The position numbers were made by a program, and so were the translations under genes. 64,000 bases of DNA. Source: Octopus sinensis. Lineage: Eukaryota. Below are positions 1-13,200 of this stretch, piece after piece (position 1 is the first letter of the stretch; the number at the start of each line of letters is the position of its first letter). The DNA is taken from contig NC_043022.1 of the NCBI RefSeq assembly GCF_006345805.1, positions 15,996,001-16,060,000 of the forward strand. The letters run 5' to 3'. The notes below the pieces were generated by a model. That model did no database searches and was not told where the DNA came from. It saw nothing but the letters and a program-made list of their open reading frames with translations.

Positions 1-99
1 GTGTGTGCAGGTGCAACATGGTTTTTCTCTTCACCATTAGTCCAGATCCTCTAATTATCTACACTAATGTTCAGGGACGAGGATTTCGTTTAATTATTT

Positions 100-700
100 A
101 CGGAAATTTAATATTTGCTTAATTTAGAATGTATTAGCCAAAGTAACCCACTCCCTGTTTGGAAGATTCAGTAATCCGGAAACTCTTTGGAACTAAAAGT
201 TCCGGAAAATCGAAGATTTGATGCAAAGAGAGTTTCTCTCACCGAAACGAAATTTCCTTCCTGTTTCAGTTCCCAGTTTTTTATTTTATTTTATTTTATT
301 CAGTTCACTAGGTTAAACTGACACCTAGCGAGTGTTTTCGCAAGAGCAGATAACTACCATTGTTCCATCAACCGGTGTCATAGTTACCAAAGGTTTTCTT
401 TTCTGTGAGGAATCTTTAAATTCTGTGTTTTCTTTCTTATTTCTTCACCGTTATGATTTTTTAAAAAAATAGATTTTTTTAATTTCATGTTATGCTGTAA
501 TTATATATATTTTTTTACCGTTATTATTTCTCTTTTTTATTGTTTTTCGTTTTTTTTACAATCGTTTTAATTTCCCAGACATTTTCTGATTACGAAACAA
601 TGGCTGACTGACATAGTTCGACTTAATTTTATCTAAATTTAGTTTCGTAAATCTCTAGTGGCGGGATTCGGTGAGGTTCAGTCCTCATTAATCACATTTG
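100..700 (+). promoter_or_regulatory. Putative CPLANE2 promoter / 5' region
   Basis: Locally CpG-enriched non-repetitive sequence with CCGGAA (ETS-like) motifs at 176 and 202, about 2 kb upstream of the coding exon 1 acceptor. Confidence 0.35.
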
Positions 701-2538
701 AGATCAAAGTCATATCAACCATGACCACGACGTCTTAGAGTTATTTTTAGGACTACATTATTATGCAACGTGTCCTTTCCATATTTAAGGCGGTATGGTG
801 AGATTTGGTTGCTATTTCTAGCAGATTGAGCGACCACATAGTGTCATCGTCGGGCGATCTTTGACTATAGCGTACCACCTTCACTTTCTCTCTCTCACAT
901 TGTAGTTAGTGTTAGTTTGGCACCCGCAGAAGTGTTTACGTTTAGCTTCAGCCAACTTGTTTGTCGTAAGGGCTGTTTTGGGGGTTTAATTAAGATTTAT
1001 AACTTGTGTTTTAGTTGTTTTTTCTTTCGTATTCTTTCCTTTTTCTGTTGGAGAATTATTTTCCTGTGTCTCACCGTTGTTCATGTTTGTGGTGTTGCGC
1101 AAGAACTTAGAGAAGGAAAAGAAAAATCGCAGAAATTGAACAACAAAAACCAGAACATGACAAAAAAAAATTCTTAATTGCTCTCCCAAATATCCTGTAT
1201 GACAAACAACATGGCTGTAACATCATCATCATCATCATTTAACGTCCGTTGTCCATGCTGGCATGGGTTGGACGGCTTCACCAGGGCTGGTAAGCTGGAA
1301 GGCTGCACCAGACTGATTTGGCATGGGTTTCTACCGCTGGATGCCCTCCCTAACTCTAACCACTGAGTATAATGGGGGCTTTTACATGCCATCATCACAG
1401 GTACCCTTTATGTGACACTGGTATCACGACTGTGATTTTGCTCAGCTTGGTGGGTCTTCCTCTCAAGCACAACATAATGTCAAAGGTTTTGGTCGTTGCC
1501 TCCATGAGGCCCAACACTTGAAAGGAACTCAGCCACTTTGCTTCTGTGAGGCCCACTACTCTAAAGAAGCTCAGCCACTTGGCCTCCACAAGTCCCAACG
1601 TTTAAAAGGAACTCAGCCATTTTGTAGAATTAAAAAAAATTTCCTTGGCCATCATGTAACTGAAGTTTTGATTAAATGAATATGTTAACTTTTACATAGG
1701 AATTCTGAAAATTCCAACCAGCTGTTTTTCCTTTCATGCCACTCCACCCTCTAAGATCAATTAATTATCGTTCACATAAAAACTTAGATTTAATCAGTTT
1801 ATACTCACCCTCAACCATCTTATTTACATGTTTTAATCTGTGTGACAAAGATATGCCTTTATTAATGCTGATGTTTACAAAATTAGCCCCCAATATGCCA
1901 TAAATGGTTGGTGTTTCAATTAGAGACAATGCAGAGGTGTGAGGACTCTTTAGTGTTGCTGGGGGCCAGGTAACCTCTGTAGTGTTGATGCCACAAAGAA
2001 AATTCATCCATTATATTGTACAGTGGCTAGTTTTAAGGAAAGGCATTCAGCTGTAGAAATAGTCAAAGCTGAGATGTTAGTGAGACATGGTCTTCTGATC
2101 AACTGGTGCCTGTTGAATCCTCTTAGTCCTTGTCAACATGGACATAAAATGATGATGATGATACAATGTCTATGTTCAGAGTTTAAATTTCTACCAAGAT
2201 TAATTTTTATCTTTCACCCGTCAAAAGTTGATAAAATATGTTGCTTGGTGGTTGTTGTTGTTGTTGTTGTGTACTCCCAGGTTAACCTGAATGGATTCCT
2301 CTAAAGACACTCAAAGAAAGACCAGGTGATGGTGTTAAACCGGACAATTGACTAAATCTAGCGCCTAAGAAGATTTGAACCCCTGTGTCATTTCCAACCT
2401 TTTCAGCCAAGATCCAACCCCCACCTTCTTTCCTATCTCTTCTAATGAGCATCATCCATTGTAATTAGAAAATGTATTTTAATTTAATTATTTTATTCTC
2501 ATTAATAACCAATCATCTTTTCCTTTTACAGTTGATAA

Positions 2539-2650
2539 ATGAAGATGTTGAAGACTGGGTCTTTGCTTGATTTCAAATGGTACCAATCAAAGATTGGCTT
2601 AGAAATATTATTCTCACTACAGCATGCTGATGGGTCTCGGAAGGTATTTG
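2539..2650 (+). CDS. CPLANE2: CPLANE2 coding exon 1 (MKMLKTGSLLDFKWYQSK...RKVF)
   Basis: Acceptor ttttacag ending 2531, ATG 2539, donor gtaagt 2651, phase 1. Confidence 0.88.
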
Positions 2651-5600
2651 GTAAGTAGTCTTTTAGGGGACGGGCGCATCACCTTTTGGGGGTCTCACAC
2701 ATAGGCTTTTAGGGGATTTGGTGTGTTGGTTTTTTTAGGGATTACATCAGATTTTTAATTGAAGAATTTTAGTTGTAACAGCTTTTAATATCTTTTCAGA
2801 ATGAATTAAAACACATATACAGTGAGAATGAATCAGAATTAGCTGTAAAAAGAGGATTCATTCTTTCTCTCTTTGCCAAACGTGAGAAGCCATATATCTC
2901 CTCTACAAGAACCTGCTTCTCTCATTTCCTAGCACAGTGGCCTTCAACCATCTTTCACCTATGGACTCCTCTGATTACTATTTTATTCTGGTGGACCCCT
3001 ATAGCCATTCAATGTTTAAAAACTAATTCTAAAGATATTTCTTTCAAAATTCCTATTTTATTATTTACTCACTCACTTGTGTAGGCTGAACTATATAAAA
3101 TGAGAGGAAAAAAAACTGGTTTCTTGCAAAAGATACACTTGGATCAAAACTTTTCAAGGACCCTTAAAATGCTTCAATGGATCCCCAATTTGTTATTTTG
3201 TTTGTGTGAACCCCCCAAATCTTATATGAACCTCAGCTGAAAACCACTGTCTTAGCATAAAGCTAGTCTCCCCCACTTCTTGGGTTTTGAAACCTTGTGA
3301 GCTGTATGGTGACCTCAGCAGTGCCAGTGGCATGAAAGAAAAAACACCCAGTCCACTCTGTAAAGTGGCTGACATGAGGAAGGGCATCAAGCCATAGAAT
3401 TCTTACCAAAACTGATACTGGAGTATGATGTAGTCCTTACATCCGTTGGATCCTGTCAAACCATCAAACCCAGGCCAGCATGGAACACGAATGATAAATG
3501 ATGTTCGTGGCCATTGCCAGTATTGCCTGACTGGCTCTCGTGCCGGCGGCATGTAAAAGCATCCACTACACTCTCGGAGTGGTTGGTGTTAGGAAGGGCA
3601 TCCAGCTGTAGAAACTCTGACAGATCAGATTGGAGCCTGGTGCAGCCATCCGGTTTGCCAGCCCTCAGTCAAATCGTCCAACCCATGCTAGCATGGAAAG
3701 CGGACGTTAAACGATGATAATGATGATTAATAAATGTATCTCATCAGAAATAGGGTCAGGAAATGATTAATCCCCAAAATATTAGATTATTCTCTGTGGA
3801 ATATGTTTTTATTTACAAAGGTTTATTGGAACAGCCAAATCTGCCGCAGACAGTTTCGGTCAAGGAAGTTGAGTATAAAATATTGTTGGTTGGGAAAACG
3901 GGAGTTGGAAAAACAGCCACAGCAGCTAATCTGACCGGACATCCAATTCCAGAGAACCACTACGAAACAACAGGTAAAAAACACTACATTCATTTGTGAT
4001 GCCATAAAGAATTTATTTACACCTGTTTATTATTGTTATTATTATTATTTTAATAAGCATTACATTTTACTGATTACATTACAATCTTAATCTAAAGGGT
4101 TAAGATATAATCAATAATAATAAAGGGTAAAATTAATTAATCAATTAATAATTAATAATTTTACCAAGTAGTTTGGTATGTTAAAAGAACCATTATCGGT
4201 AACCTTATACAAAAATTATATAATTATAAACATAATTATAATTAGGGTTCAGCAAAAATTGCTTCACCTCATACCGAAATTTAGAAATAGCAGTTAAATA
4301 TTATTCCACTACCATAAGATGTCTCCCAGACAATAATACTCTCAACTCACACAGGTAAAGATTATGCTTATAATTATAGAATTTTTGTAATGGGTTAAGA
4401 TATAATGTAGCTAAGAGACTGAAAATGACTTTGGGCTTTTTGATTGTCTCTGTTAAAGTTCCTTACGTTGTCATCATCCTCTTTATCAGCATTATTATTA
4501 TTATTATTATTAAACAGGCATCGAAGTGTTCCGGAATTACTGGCCTGCCCGTATACGCCAATTAAACAAAGTTGTGTTATTTAATCTAAATTTCTGGGAA
4601 AGTGGAGAAATGGCAGCAAAGAAGTTTGACCACATCCTTCCGGTCAGTTCTACTTTTAAAATCTTTTTAGTTTATTTCTCTTTTACTGCTTCGTCAGAGG
4701 GGAGAGAAGGGCTGCGGGACGCAATAAAGAGTCGGAACAAATGCTGCAAGGGAAGCTTATTTTGCCAGTCTTCATCATCATCATTTAATGTCTATGATCC
4801 ATGCTGGTAGGGGTTAGACAGTTTGAAAGGATTCATCAGGTCCAGGGGCTGCATCAGCTTCCAATGTCTCCTGTTGGATGCCCTTCTTAAAACCAACCAC
4901 TTTACAGAGTGTATTGGGCCCCTTTTATGTGGTGCCAACACCAGGGCTTTTTACATGGTGCCATCACAACAACATCATTGACACCAGTACTTGACTGGTA
5001 CTTTATTTTATCAAACCCCAAAAGCATGAAAGTCAAAGACATATAAATACATATGTGTGTGTGATGGGCTTCTTTCAGTTTCTCTCTACCAAATCCTCTC
5101 ATAAGGCTTTGGTTGACCTGAGGCTATAGTAGAAGGTGCCACACAGTGGGACTGAACCCAGAACCATGTGATTGGTAAGCAAGCTTCTTACCCCTGCACC
5201 TATGTGGTTGGTAAGCAAGCTACTTACCACACAGCCACTCCTGCACCTATTATGTTAAAAGATTCCAAAGATGTTTTTGATTTTCATTTCAAAGTTAAGG
5301 CATAACACTCAAACACATGCTGTGACAAACAGAATTTCATTATTATTATTATGGATAATTTTCTTGCTTCCCTTTTTGTGGCTAATCTGTTGCAGGCGTG
5401 CAAGGATGGCATCGACTGTGTGATGTTCCTCTTCTCACTCGTTGACAAAAGTAGTTTCGATGACCTCCCACAGATGATCTGTCGATTCACAGAACTTGGT
5501 GATGACATCTGCCGAATTGCTGTTGGAACCAAATATCCTTTTTCTTGAATTAGTATCATTAGTGAGTGCCATGAAGGGAGAGGCAAGTGGCTGGTTCTTC

Positions 5601-6719
5601 AGTAAAAAAAAACCTGTCAAATGTTCACTCCTTTTACTGATAAATAGGTACCATGGTAAAGTGTAACACATAGCTTGAGCCAATGAGGAAGCCTCTATTT
5701 ATTAAGGTTGACCTGGGGCTGTCTGCCAGTTCGCAGCCTTTAATAATATTGACTTCAAGTTATGGCACAGGGCCAACAGTTTTTGAGGGGAGGGGAAGTG
5801 GGTTACATCGACAGCATACTGATTTAACCTTTTTGCATTTAAACCGGCCATATCTGATCCAAATATTATTCTGCCTGTTTTATGTTCAAATCAGCTAGAT
5901 CCAGCCTCTCACACCTACCCGACAATGTCATTCTAAAAATATGCAATCACATCATTGAAAACTCAAAGCTACGAAATGATGAATGATTAATTAAAAAACA
6001 ATGTGAAGAAATAAGCTTTAGATTTGACAGAAATCTGAATATTAAAAGGGTTAAGGAACTGAGGCTTGTGTAATTGACAATTATGAATTTATATTCCAAA
6101 AAGCTCTACCTGCGACGATTTCATCTCAATCGAAGGAGAGGGGCTTTCTCTGTCCGGGTCGCAGATCCGTGGAACAAGCTGCCAGGCGAGATGGTGAAGA
6201 TGCCGACGACCGCTTTGTTCAAAGTCTCCCTTGACCTCAAGTGGCCTGAACTCTTTACATGAACACCACCCTGTACATAACTCCATGGCCTTGCTTTTTG
6301 CTTTTTGAGCCAAAAAATTAACTAACTAACTAATTATATTGTGACAAACAGATTCTTGTGCAGAGAGAGATTATCTCAGCTGCTGACGGCTAGATTAAGC
6401 TTCAGTCATACACCATTAACTGTTTGTGATATTAAAAACTCAACTTTTTATGTATTCCTTGACTCCTTCCAGATTTGATAAATTCGATGAGAGTGAAATC
6501 ACTCAAAGAGATATTGAGAATTTTGAACAGAATTGGGAAATCCCAGTTTTGAAGATTCAGAATTTAACAGACACAACCCAGGGAAGGGAATCAGTGCCTT
6601 CCATGGAATTAGTGTTGACTACAATTTGTGAATATCTGTGGGCAAGAGATTTGAGTCTTGCGGCCAAAGGTTCAAAACCTAAAGTACCCATGGAATCTGC
6701 CCAGGAGATTGTGTTTTAA
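2539..6719 (+). CDS. CPLANE2: Ciliogenesis and planar polarity effector 2 (RSG1, REM2/Rab-like small GTPase 1); 5 coding exons, 257 aa
   Basis: Exons 2539-2650, 3821-3973, 4518-4642, 5396-5532, 6473-6719 join in frame (774 nt, ATG to TAA). The protein has the P-loop YKILLVGKTGVGKT, HYETTGIE..YWPA, FWESGEMAAKKFDHILP, FLFSLVDKSSFDDLP and VGTKFD, collinear with human CPLANE2/RSG1 as I recall it. Confidence 0.95.
3821..3973 (+). CDS. CPLANE2: CPLANE2 coding exon 2 (P-loop)
   Basis: aaag/GT TTA TTG GAA ... ACA ACA G/gtaaaa; LLEQPNLP...GKTGVGKT...HYETT. Confidence 0.95.
4518..4642 (+). CDS. CPLANE2: CPLANE2 coding exon 3
   Basis: aacag/GC ATC GAA ... CTT CCG/gtcagt; YWPARIRQ...FWESGEMAAKKFDHILP. 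Confidence 0.95.
5396..5532 (+). CDS. CPLANE2: CPLANE2 coding exon 4
   Basis: ttgcag/GCG TGC AAG ... GGA ACC AA/atatccttt; FLFSLVDKSSFDDLPQ. Confidence 0.93.
5533..6472 (+). other. U12-type (minor spliceosome) intron with AT-AG termini
   Basis: 5' end ATATCCTTT at 5533; branch site TTCCTTGAC at 6455-6463, then TCCTTCCAG; splicing here restores the conserved G-T-K-F-D motif. Confidence 0.88.
6060..6330 (+). mobile_element. CR1/L2-type LINE 3' fragment (end of RT ORF2) inside the U12 intron
   Basis: Translates to RRGAFSVRVADPWNKLPGEMVKMPTTALFKVSLD, the typical R..FFS.RVV..WN.LP..VV...FK..LD terminus of CR1-group ORF2, followed by an (ACTA)n tail. Confidence 0.8.
6473..6719 (+). CDS. CPLANE2: CPLANE2 coding exon 5 (terminal)
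   Basis: ccag/A TTT GAT AAA ... GTG TTT TAA; FDKFDESEITQRDIENFEQNWEIPVL...ICEYLWARD. Confidence 0.93.
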
Positions 6720-7932
6720 GGAACCGAGAAGAATTTTTTGTTCTGGTATTTTCTTATTTCTTCACTGCCCACTAGGGGCTGCACACAGAGAGGACAAACA
6801 AGGACAGACAAATGGATAAAGTCAATTATATCGATCCCCAGCACGTAACTGGTACTTATTTAATCGACCCCGAAAGGATAAAAGGCAAAGTCGACTTCGG
6901 CGGAATTTGAACTCAGAACGTAACGGCAGACGAAATACCACTAAGCATTTCACCTGGCGTGCTAACGATTCTGCCAGCTCACCACCTGTTCTGGTATTTG
7001 TATCCTTGTATTGGATAGAGAATGTAATGAAGCAAGGGGAAAGAAAGTATATACACAACTCACTACTATTACACGAGACCCAATGCTCTGGATGAGAGGT
7101 TCACAGTGAACTGCTAATTGCTCACAGTTCTTTGTATAACAATGGGTCAGTCCACCTTTTAGTCACTTGAGGGGTGGTCAGAATCCTTCCACAACAGTTG
7201 ACCAACAGAATTTTAACATTGCACCGTCATTATCATCATTTTACTTTCATTTTCCTATGGTTGTATGGATCAGAAATCAAGGCAGATTTTCAGGGCTGGA
7301 TGCACTTCCTGTTGCCACCTATCAACTGTTTCTAGGCATGTTGATATTTCCCCATGGATGGACATTTTCATGGAAAATTGGAAATGAACAACCCTGCTTG
7401 TATGACAGTGAAACTCATTTACGACAACCATGCCATATTAAGATGAGAAAAACATACACACACACATGCATACGTACAAATGGGCTTCTTTCAGTTTCAG
7501 TTTACCAAATCTATTCTGAAAGCTTTGGTCAACTCAGGGCTATAGCGGAGGACAATTGCTAAAATGATCATTCAGAGGAACTGAACTCAAGACCACATGG
7601 TTGAGAAGCAAACTCCTTAACCACACAGCCATGTCTGCATCTATTAAAGTATACCTAATGCCTTACGAACACTCTTTACTACAACCACCAACAAAGGATC
7701 CTAGAAATAACAGCCAATTCTTCCTTAAACCATGCTTTATTATCTAAAAGAGACGCACACACGTATATTGATATTCTGGCTGCCGCATGAAATAGAAATG
7801 AGATGGATACAGGTTCAACTCCTTGTATCATAATTCTGTAGAATAAAGGCTGACTTGGGATGAGACAAAAGCAGGGGGCCTTTTGGTGTCCTTTATTCTT
7901 GAGACAACCCCTTCTTTCATTCATAAATTTAT

Positions 7933-8099
7933 GGATCACTGGTCTCTCATCATCGTTGTCGTTTAACATCTGCTTTCCAATGCTGGCATGGGTTGGACGA
8001 TTTGAGTGAGGAGGATTGGCAAGTCAAACCATCCGACCCATGCCAGCATTGGAAAGCAGATGTTAAACGATGACGATGATGATGACAGACCAGTGATCC
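7933..8099. repeat. Fold-back inverted repeat (arms of about 73-76 bp, 18-nt loop)
   Basis: 7933-8005 is the near-perfect reverse complement of 8024-8099. Confidence 0.9.
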
Positions 8100-9009
8100 C
8101 AATCAATCACATTCCAATTAGCAAATTCAAAAGATCAAACTTCAAATCCAATTTACTCTCTTCTGAATCATGAAATAAATTCCAAGAAATATGTTTTTTT
8201 ACCTTAATTATTTTGATCCTGGTTCCACGATACAAACTTTCAGTTCCAAAGTGATCCAATTTATAATCTTCCATCAAAATTTTATTCTTTTACTTGTGCC
8301 AGCCTTGCCTGGCCTCCATGCCGGTGGCACGTAAAAGCACCATCCGTTCGTGGCTGTTTGCCAGCTCTGTCTGGCACCTGTGCGGGTGGCATGTAAAAAG
8401 CACCCACTACACTCACGGAGTGGTTGGCGTTAGGAAGGGCATCCAGCCGTAGAAACACTGCCAGATCTGACTAGGCTGGATGAAGCCTTCCAGCTTCACA
8501 GACCCCAGTCGAACCGTCCAACCCATGCTAGCATGGAAAGCGGACGCTAAATGATGATGATGATGTTTCAGTCTTTTTGACTGCAAGCCTTGCTGGAGCA
8601 CTGCCTCGAGGGTTTTAGTTGAAGAAATCAACTCTAGGACTTTTCCCCAAGGTGCCATGCAGTGGGACTGAACCCAGAACCATGTGGTTGTGAAGCTGGT
8701 TTATACTAGCTTATGTTGAAACACCAGCTTAAAAATGTCAAAATTATTTTACTAAATTCATTATTTTCAAAATTAATTGAAACAAAGGAAGTGGATTTCA
8801 CCAGAAAGAAACCTGGTAACAAAAAAGCTGGGAGGATTGAAACCGCTTTACAGAGTGGACCGGCAGCTTTTACATGGCACCTGGCACCAGTTGGTGTTGG
8901 AGATAAAAGGCTGATGGGGTGCAACTCCACCACATGGACAAGTATTACCAAGGTGGGTTTGTACATGCATATATTTTGTGCCTGGGGAGGGTCATTCTCT
9001 TTTAGCCCC

Positions 9010-9246
9010 TTATTACTTAACACACTCACTGGTTCGATTGCCACTCATTTTTTCTAAAATTTTTGTTGTGTCTTGCAACCTCTTCAATAGTCATTGGCTC
9101 TACTGTTTGCCAGAATCAACAAATTAATATTATTAAATTATTTAATTGATAGTCAATGACTATTGAAGAGGTTGCAAGATGCAACGAAAATTTTAGAAAA
9201 AATAAATAACAGTGGAAATCAAACTGGTGAGTGTGTTAAATAATAA
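9010..9246. repeat. Diverged inverted repeat (arms of about 90 bp, 57-nt spacer)
   Basis: 9010-9096 versus 9154-9246; the right arm and its extension recur at about 58815-59000. Confidence 0.8.
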
Positions 9247-12200
9247 GACACTAAAAGAGAAGGGCTTTCCCCAGACACAATAAAATATGCTTCAACACAC
9301 GAATTCACATAAAGAATCTTGCAAACCAAATACAAAAACGAAATATATATACATATGTACGTGTACACACACACACACACACACATATTTATGTGTGAAA
9401 CTATCATCAAAAATGAGAAAGGAAATATAACAAAAAGAAAAAAAAAACTGTTTCAAGATTTCATATTTTTTTTTATGTTTTATCTTCTTCATCAGAATAA
9501 TATTGTTGCAAAAGATACTAAAAATGTCCACTGAACTAAGAGGGAAAAAAAAATCTTGATTGATTTAAAATGAATTAAGTAAAGGTTATTGTTCTGTGAC
9601 AGCAAAAGAGGGGTTGTAACACCAGAAGAAGAAATTATAAAAGTAACTGAGATGGACCTAAAGACACACAGACAGACTAAAATAGACGTATGGAAACAAT
9701 TTAGAAAATAAATATTTTATTTGATGTGTAAGCAAAAGGAATACTGATAATGGTGTCTGGTTTAATAATTAACAAAAAACTGATGTTAAATGACCCTTCC
9801 CTCACCATCCAACAGAGTCAAGCAACTAAATGCAAAGGATAATGAATTCATATTATTCTACAGTACTAATTGAGATACATAGAGAAGGTTCGTTAAGTTT
9901 CTGATAGCAAAACAAACCAAATTGATTGATGCTGGTGAAATACATCAATTAACTAATACAATAATACTAATTAGTTGACACTGCCAAACAGAAGCCAGTG
10001 GTTAAGATAGAGTTTTAATTGTTTTAAAAAGACAATTTAATAAGTTGTTTATTTGTGTTTCTATCACAATCTTTGGCAGAGAGAGATTCAGTATAAATTT
10101 GTGAGACTTTTTCAGAGAGATAACAGATGAATATTAAATTATAATTTATTCAAGAGACAAATATTAGCAACAAAATAAAAAAAAAAAAACATCAGCCAAA
10201 TATTGAACCATCTCTGAGAGTAATTGATTTCTTAAAAACAATAATTATTAAATTGCACTTGCAATTAATACAATAATTAATAGGGTAGTATGTCTTTAAC
10301 GAAATACTGGTTCCTAAGTGAGGCACAGGGCTACATGTGGAAGAGAGAACAGGTCAATAATTCTATCAACTCTAATACTTGGTTAGAATTTCTTTAAATA
10401 AATCCTGACGAGATTAATACTCAAAATATAAAGGGAGAAATGAAATACCACAAGGTGTTTAGTCCCTTTTTTTTATCAGTTCTACTGCCAATTCTTTATG
10501 GAAACATTTCAGATGTTTTAGAAAATAATTAAAAGGAAGTCAATATTTCATTTAAAGATTTTTTTGTTTTGTTAAGAAGACAAGTTGCAGGTATTAACGA
10601 GAAAAAAAAAATTATTCTTATTGCTGGTGATTTTCCCACAAAAATATTTGATATTCTGAGGGGAAAGAAAAGATATGTAACAGTTGTCAGGTGATAAAAC
10701 AATACGACACAGTTGGTCTCGGGGAGATTGCTTTAACGATTCTAGGTTTATACAGGTGTTTTCAACAAGATTCAGTTCTAAAAATAGTATATACTTTACG
10801 TCAGACAAAAATAACATATATCTTATATCTGACATTTTGTCACACACACACACATAACTCTATTAAAAAAAAAAATAGCAGTGTTCTTTAAGGTAAACAT
10901 AAACACTTTATTTCAAAGGAAGCACCTAGAATAAAATGCTTTGGCCCTTTTCATACCATCCCACCTGAGAGTCCCCCTTTTTTAAGCTATACAACCTCCT
11001 ATTTTAAATGAAAACCCGTCACAATGTTATGTAAGAGATTTTGGTAAGTTATGTCTTCAACATTGGCTCATTCAAATCCTTCCAAATTCTTGATTGCTTT
11101 CAGTACTAATTAAAACATAGGAAGGTGGGGGGGTGGGGGCTGTGTATTTCATTAAAAATGGGGAAAGAAAAGGGTTAGAATATTAACAGGGCCAAACTAC
11201 TTTGATAATTTTTTGGTTTTTGTTGTGTGTTTTCCAGGAGGAAGAAGGGAAGTTACATAAGTGGGCAGCACTGACAAAAGGGGTGGTGCAAGTAGAATGA
11301 CTATCAAGGAATTTGGTCGGGCACAAACAAAGGGATTAGAACACATTCAACTGTTGCCCACACATATTTTGTTCCCCAAATAAACAAATATGGTTGCTAA
11401 TTAAATCTGCTTTCATCAACTTCAGAAAACTGATGAAAATAGATTCAATTTTTTAAAAAATCCTGTTAAATAAATAAATATTCAAAGTGAATTGTAGATT
11501 GTGTAACGTTTTCTTTTATTTACTGAGTCTAGAGGAAAAGGCAGGGACCATAACCTTTACACGTCCATCCATAACAGGTGAAATTTATGTCGTTAATGTT
11601 AGGTTGAAATTGTTGCAGGTCAACCCTTAATTATTTAAAATTTTTTTTTTCTTTAATTTAATGAGCTACATTTGTTCCCTCAAACTTGTGTAATCCGATA
11701 TAAATTTCGACTATTGCTTTTTATATCTACTGAAGGTAAAAAAAAAAAAGGGGGAAAAAACTGAAGTTTTATTTAAAAAAAGCTCAAAGCACAGGTTGCT
11801 TAGGAGAAAGTGCAAAAGACAACCACTGCCTTTTAGGAAGATGATTCAGGGTCACCCAAAAGATACAAAACGTAAGCTATAAGGTAATAATAATAATCCT
11901 TTCTACTATAGGTACAAAGCCTGAAACTTTGGAGGAGGGGGATAGTCGATTACATTGGCCCCAGCATGCAACTGGTACTTAATAAATCGACCCCAAAAGG
12001 ATGAAAAGCAAAGTTCACCTCAGTGGAATTTGAACTCATGTAGCAACGGGTGAAATAACACTAAGGATTTCATCCATTGTGCTAGCTTGCTGCCATGATA
12101 ATAATAATAACAATGGTTTCAAATTTTTGGCACAAGGCCAGCAATTTTGATGGGAGGGGGTAGTCAATTACATTGACCCTAGTATGTCACTGGTACTTAT

Positions 12201-12900
12201 TCTACTGACCCATAAAAGATGAAAAGTAAAGTCAGCTTTGGCAGAATTTGAACTCAGAACGTAAAGTTGGAAGAAATACTGCTAAGCATTTTTGCCTGGT
12301 GTGCTAACAAGTCTGCTAGCTCACTGTCTTAATAATAATAATAATAATAATCCTTTCTATTATCGGCACAAGGCCTGAAATTTTGGGGGAGGGCGTAAGT
12401 CAAAAACATTGACCCCCCAGTACTTGACTGGTACTTCATTTAATGTCTGTTGCATGCTGGTATGGGTTGGATGGTGTGACCAGCCCATGCTAGCATGGAC
12501 AACGGATGCTAAATGATGATGATGACGCACCGGGGTCAATGTTATTGACTTACACCATCCCTCAAAATTACGGGCCCCGTGCCTACAACAGACAGGATTA
12601 TTACTATTGTTAAGGCGGCAACTTATTTCATCAACCCCGAAAAGATGAAAGGCAAAAATCAACCACAGCGGGATTTGAACTCAGAACCTAAAGCTGGACA
12701 AAATGCTTAGCAGCACTTTGTCCAGCATGCTAACAATTCTGCCAGCTCACCTCAATAATAATAATAATAATAATAATAAATAACTAACAATGTTGAACCT
12801 ATTCAAATAACTTTTTCAGATCCACCCCCCACTCACCACCTGTCCAAAGATTATGAACATTTTGCAAGTGTCTGCCCTCATATTCCCATCTACTGCACTT

Positions 12901-12985
12901 CCATATATATATATATATATATACATCCATATATATATATATACACATCCATATATATATATATATATATCCATATATATATATA

Positions 12986-13044
<59 letters not shown>

Positions 13045-13200
13045 ATACATACATATATATACACATATATATACATACATATATATATATACATACACAC
13101 ATATATACATACATATATATACATACATACACATATATATATATATATATATAATATATATATATATACACATATATATATATATACATACACACACACA
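12901..13200. repeat. Compound (TA)n/(TACA)n microsatellite
   Basis: Direct reading; source of the spurious YI-repeat ORFs. Confidence 0.97.

Noticed and set aside
130-400. RFX X-box expected for a ciliary gene promoter
   Set aside because: Only half-sites (AGTAAC, GTTACC) are seen; there is no full GTTRCC-N(0-3)-RGYAAC match.
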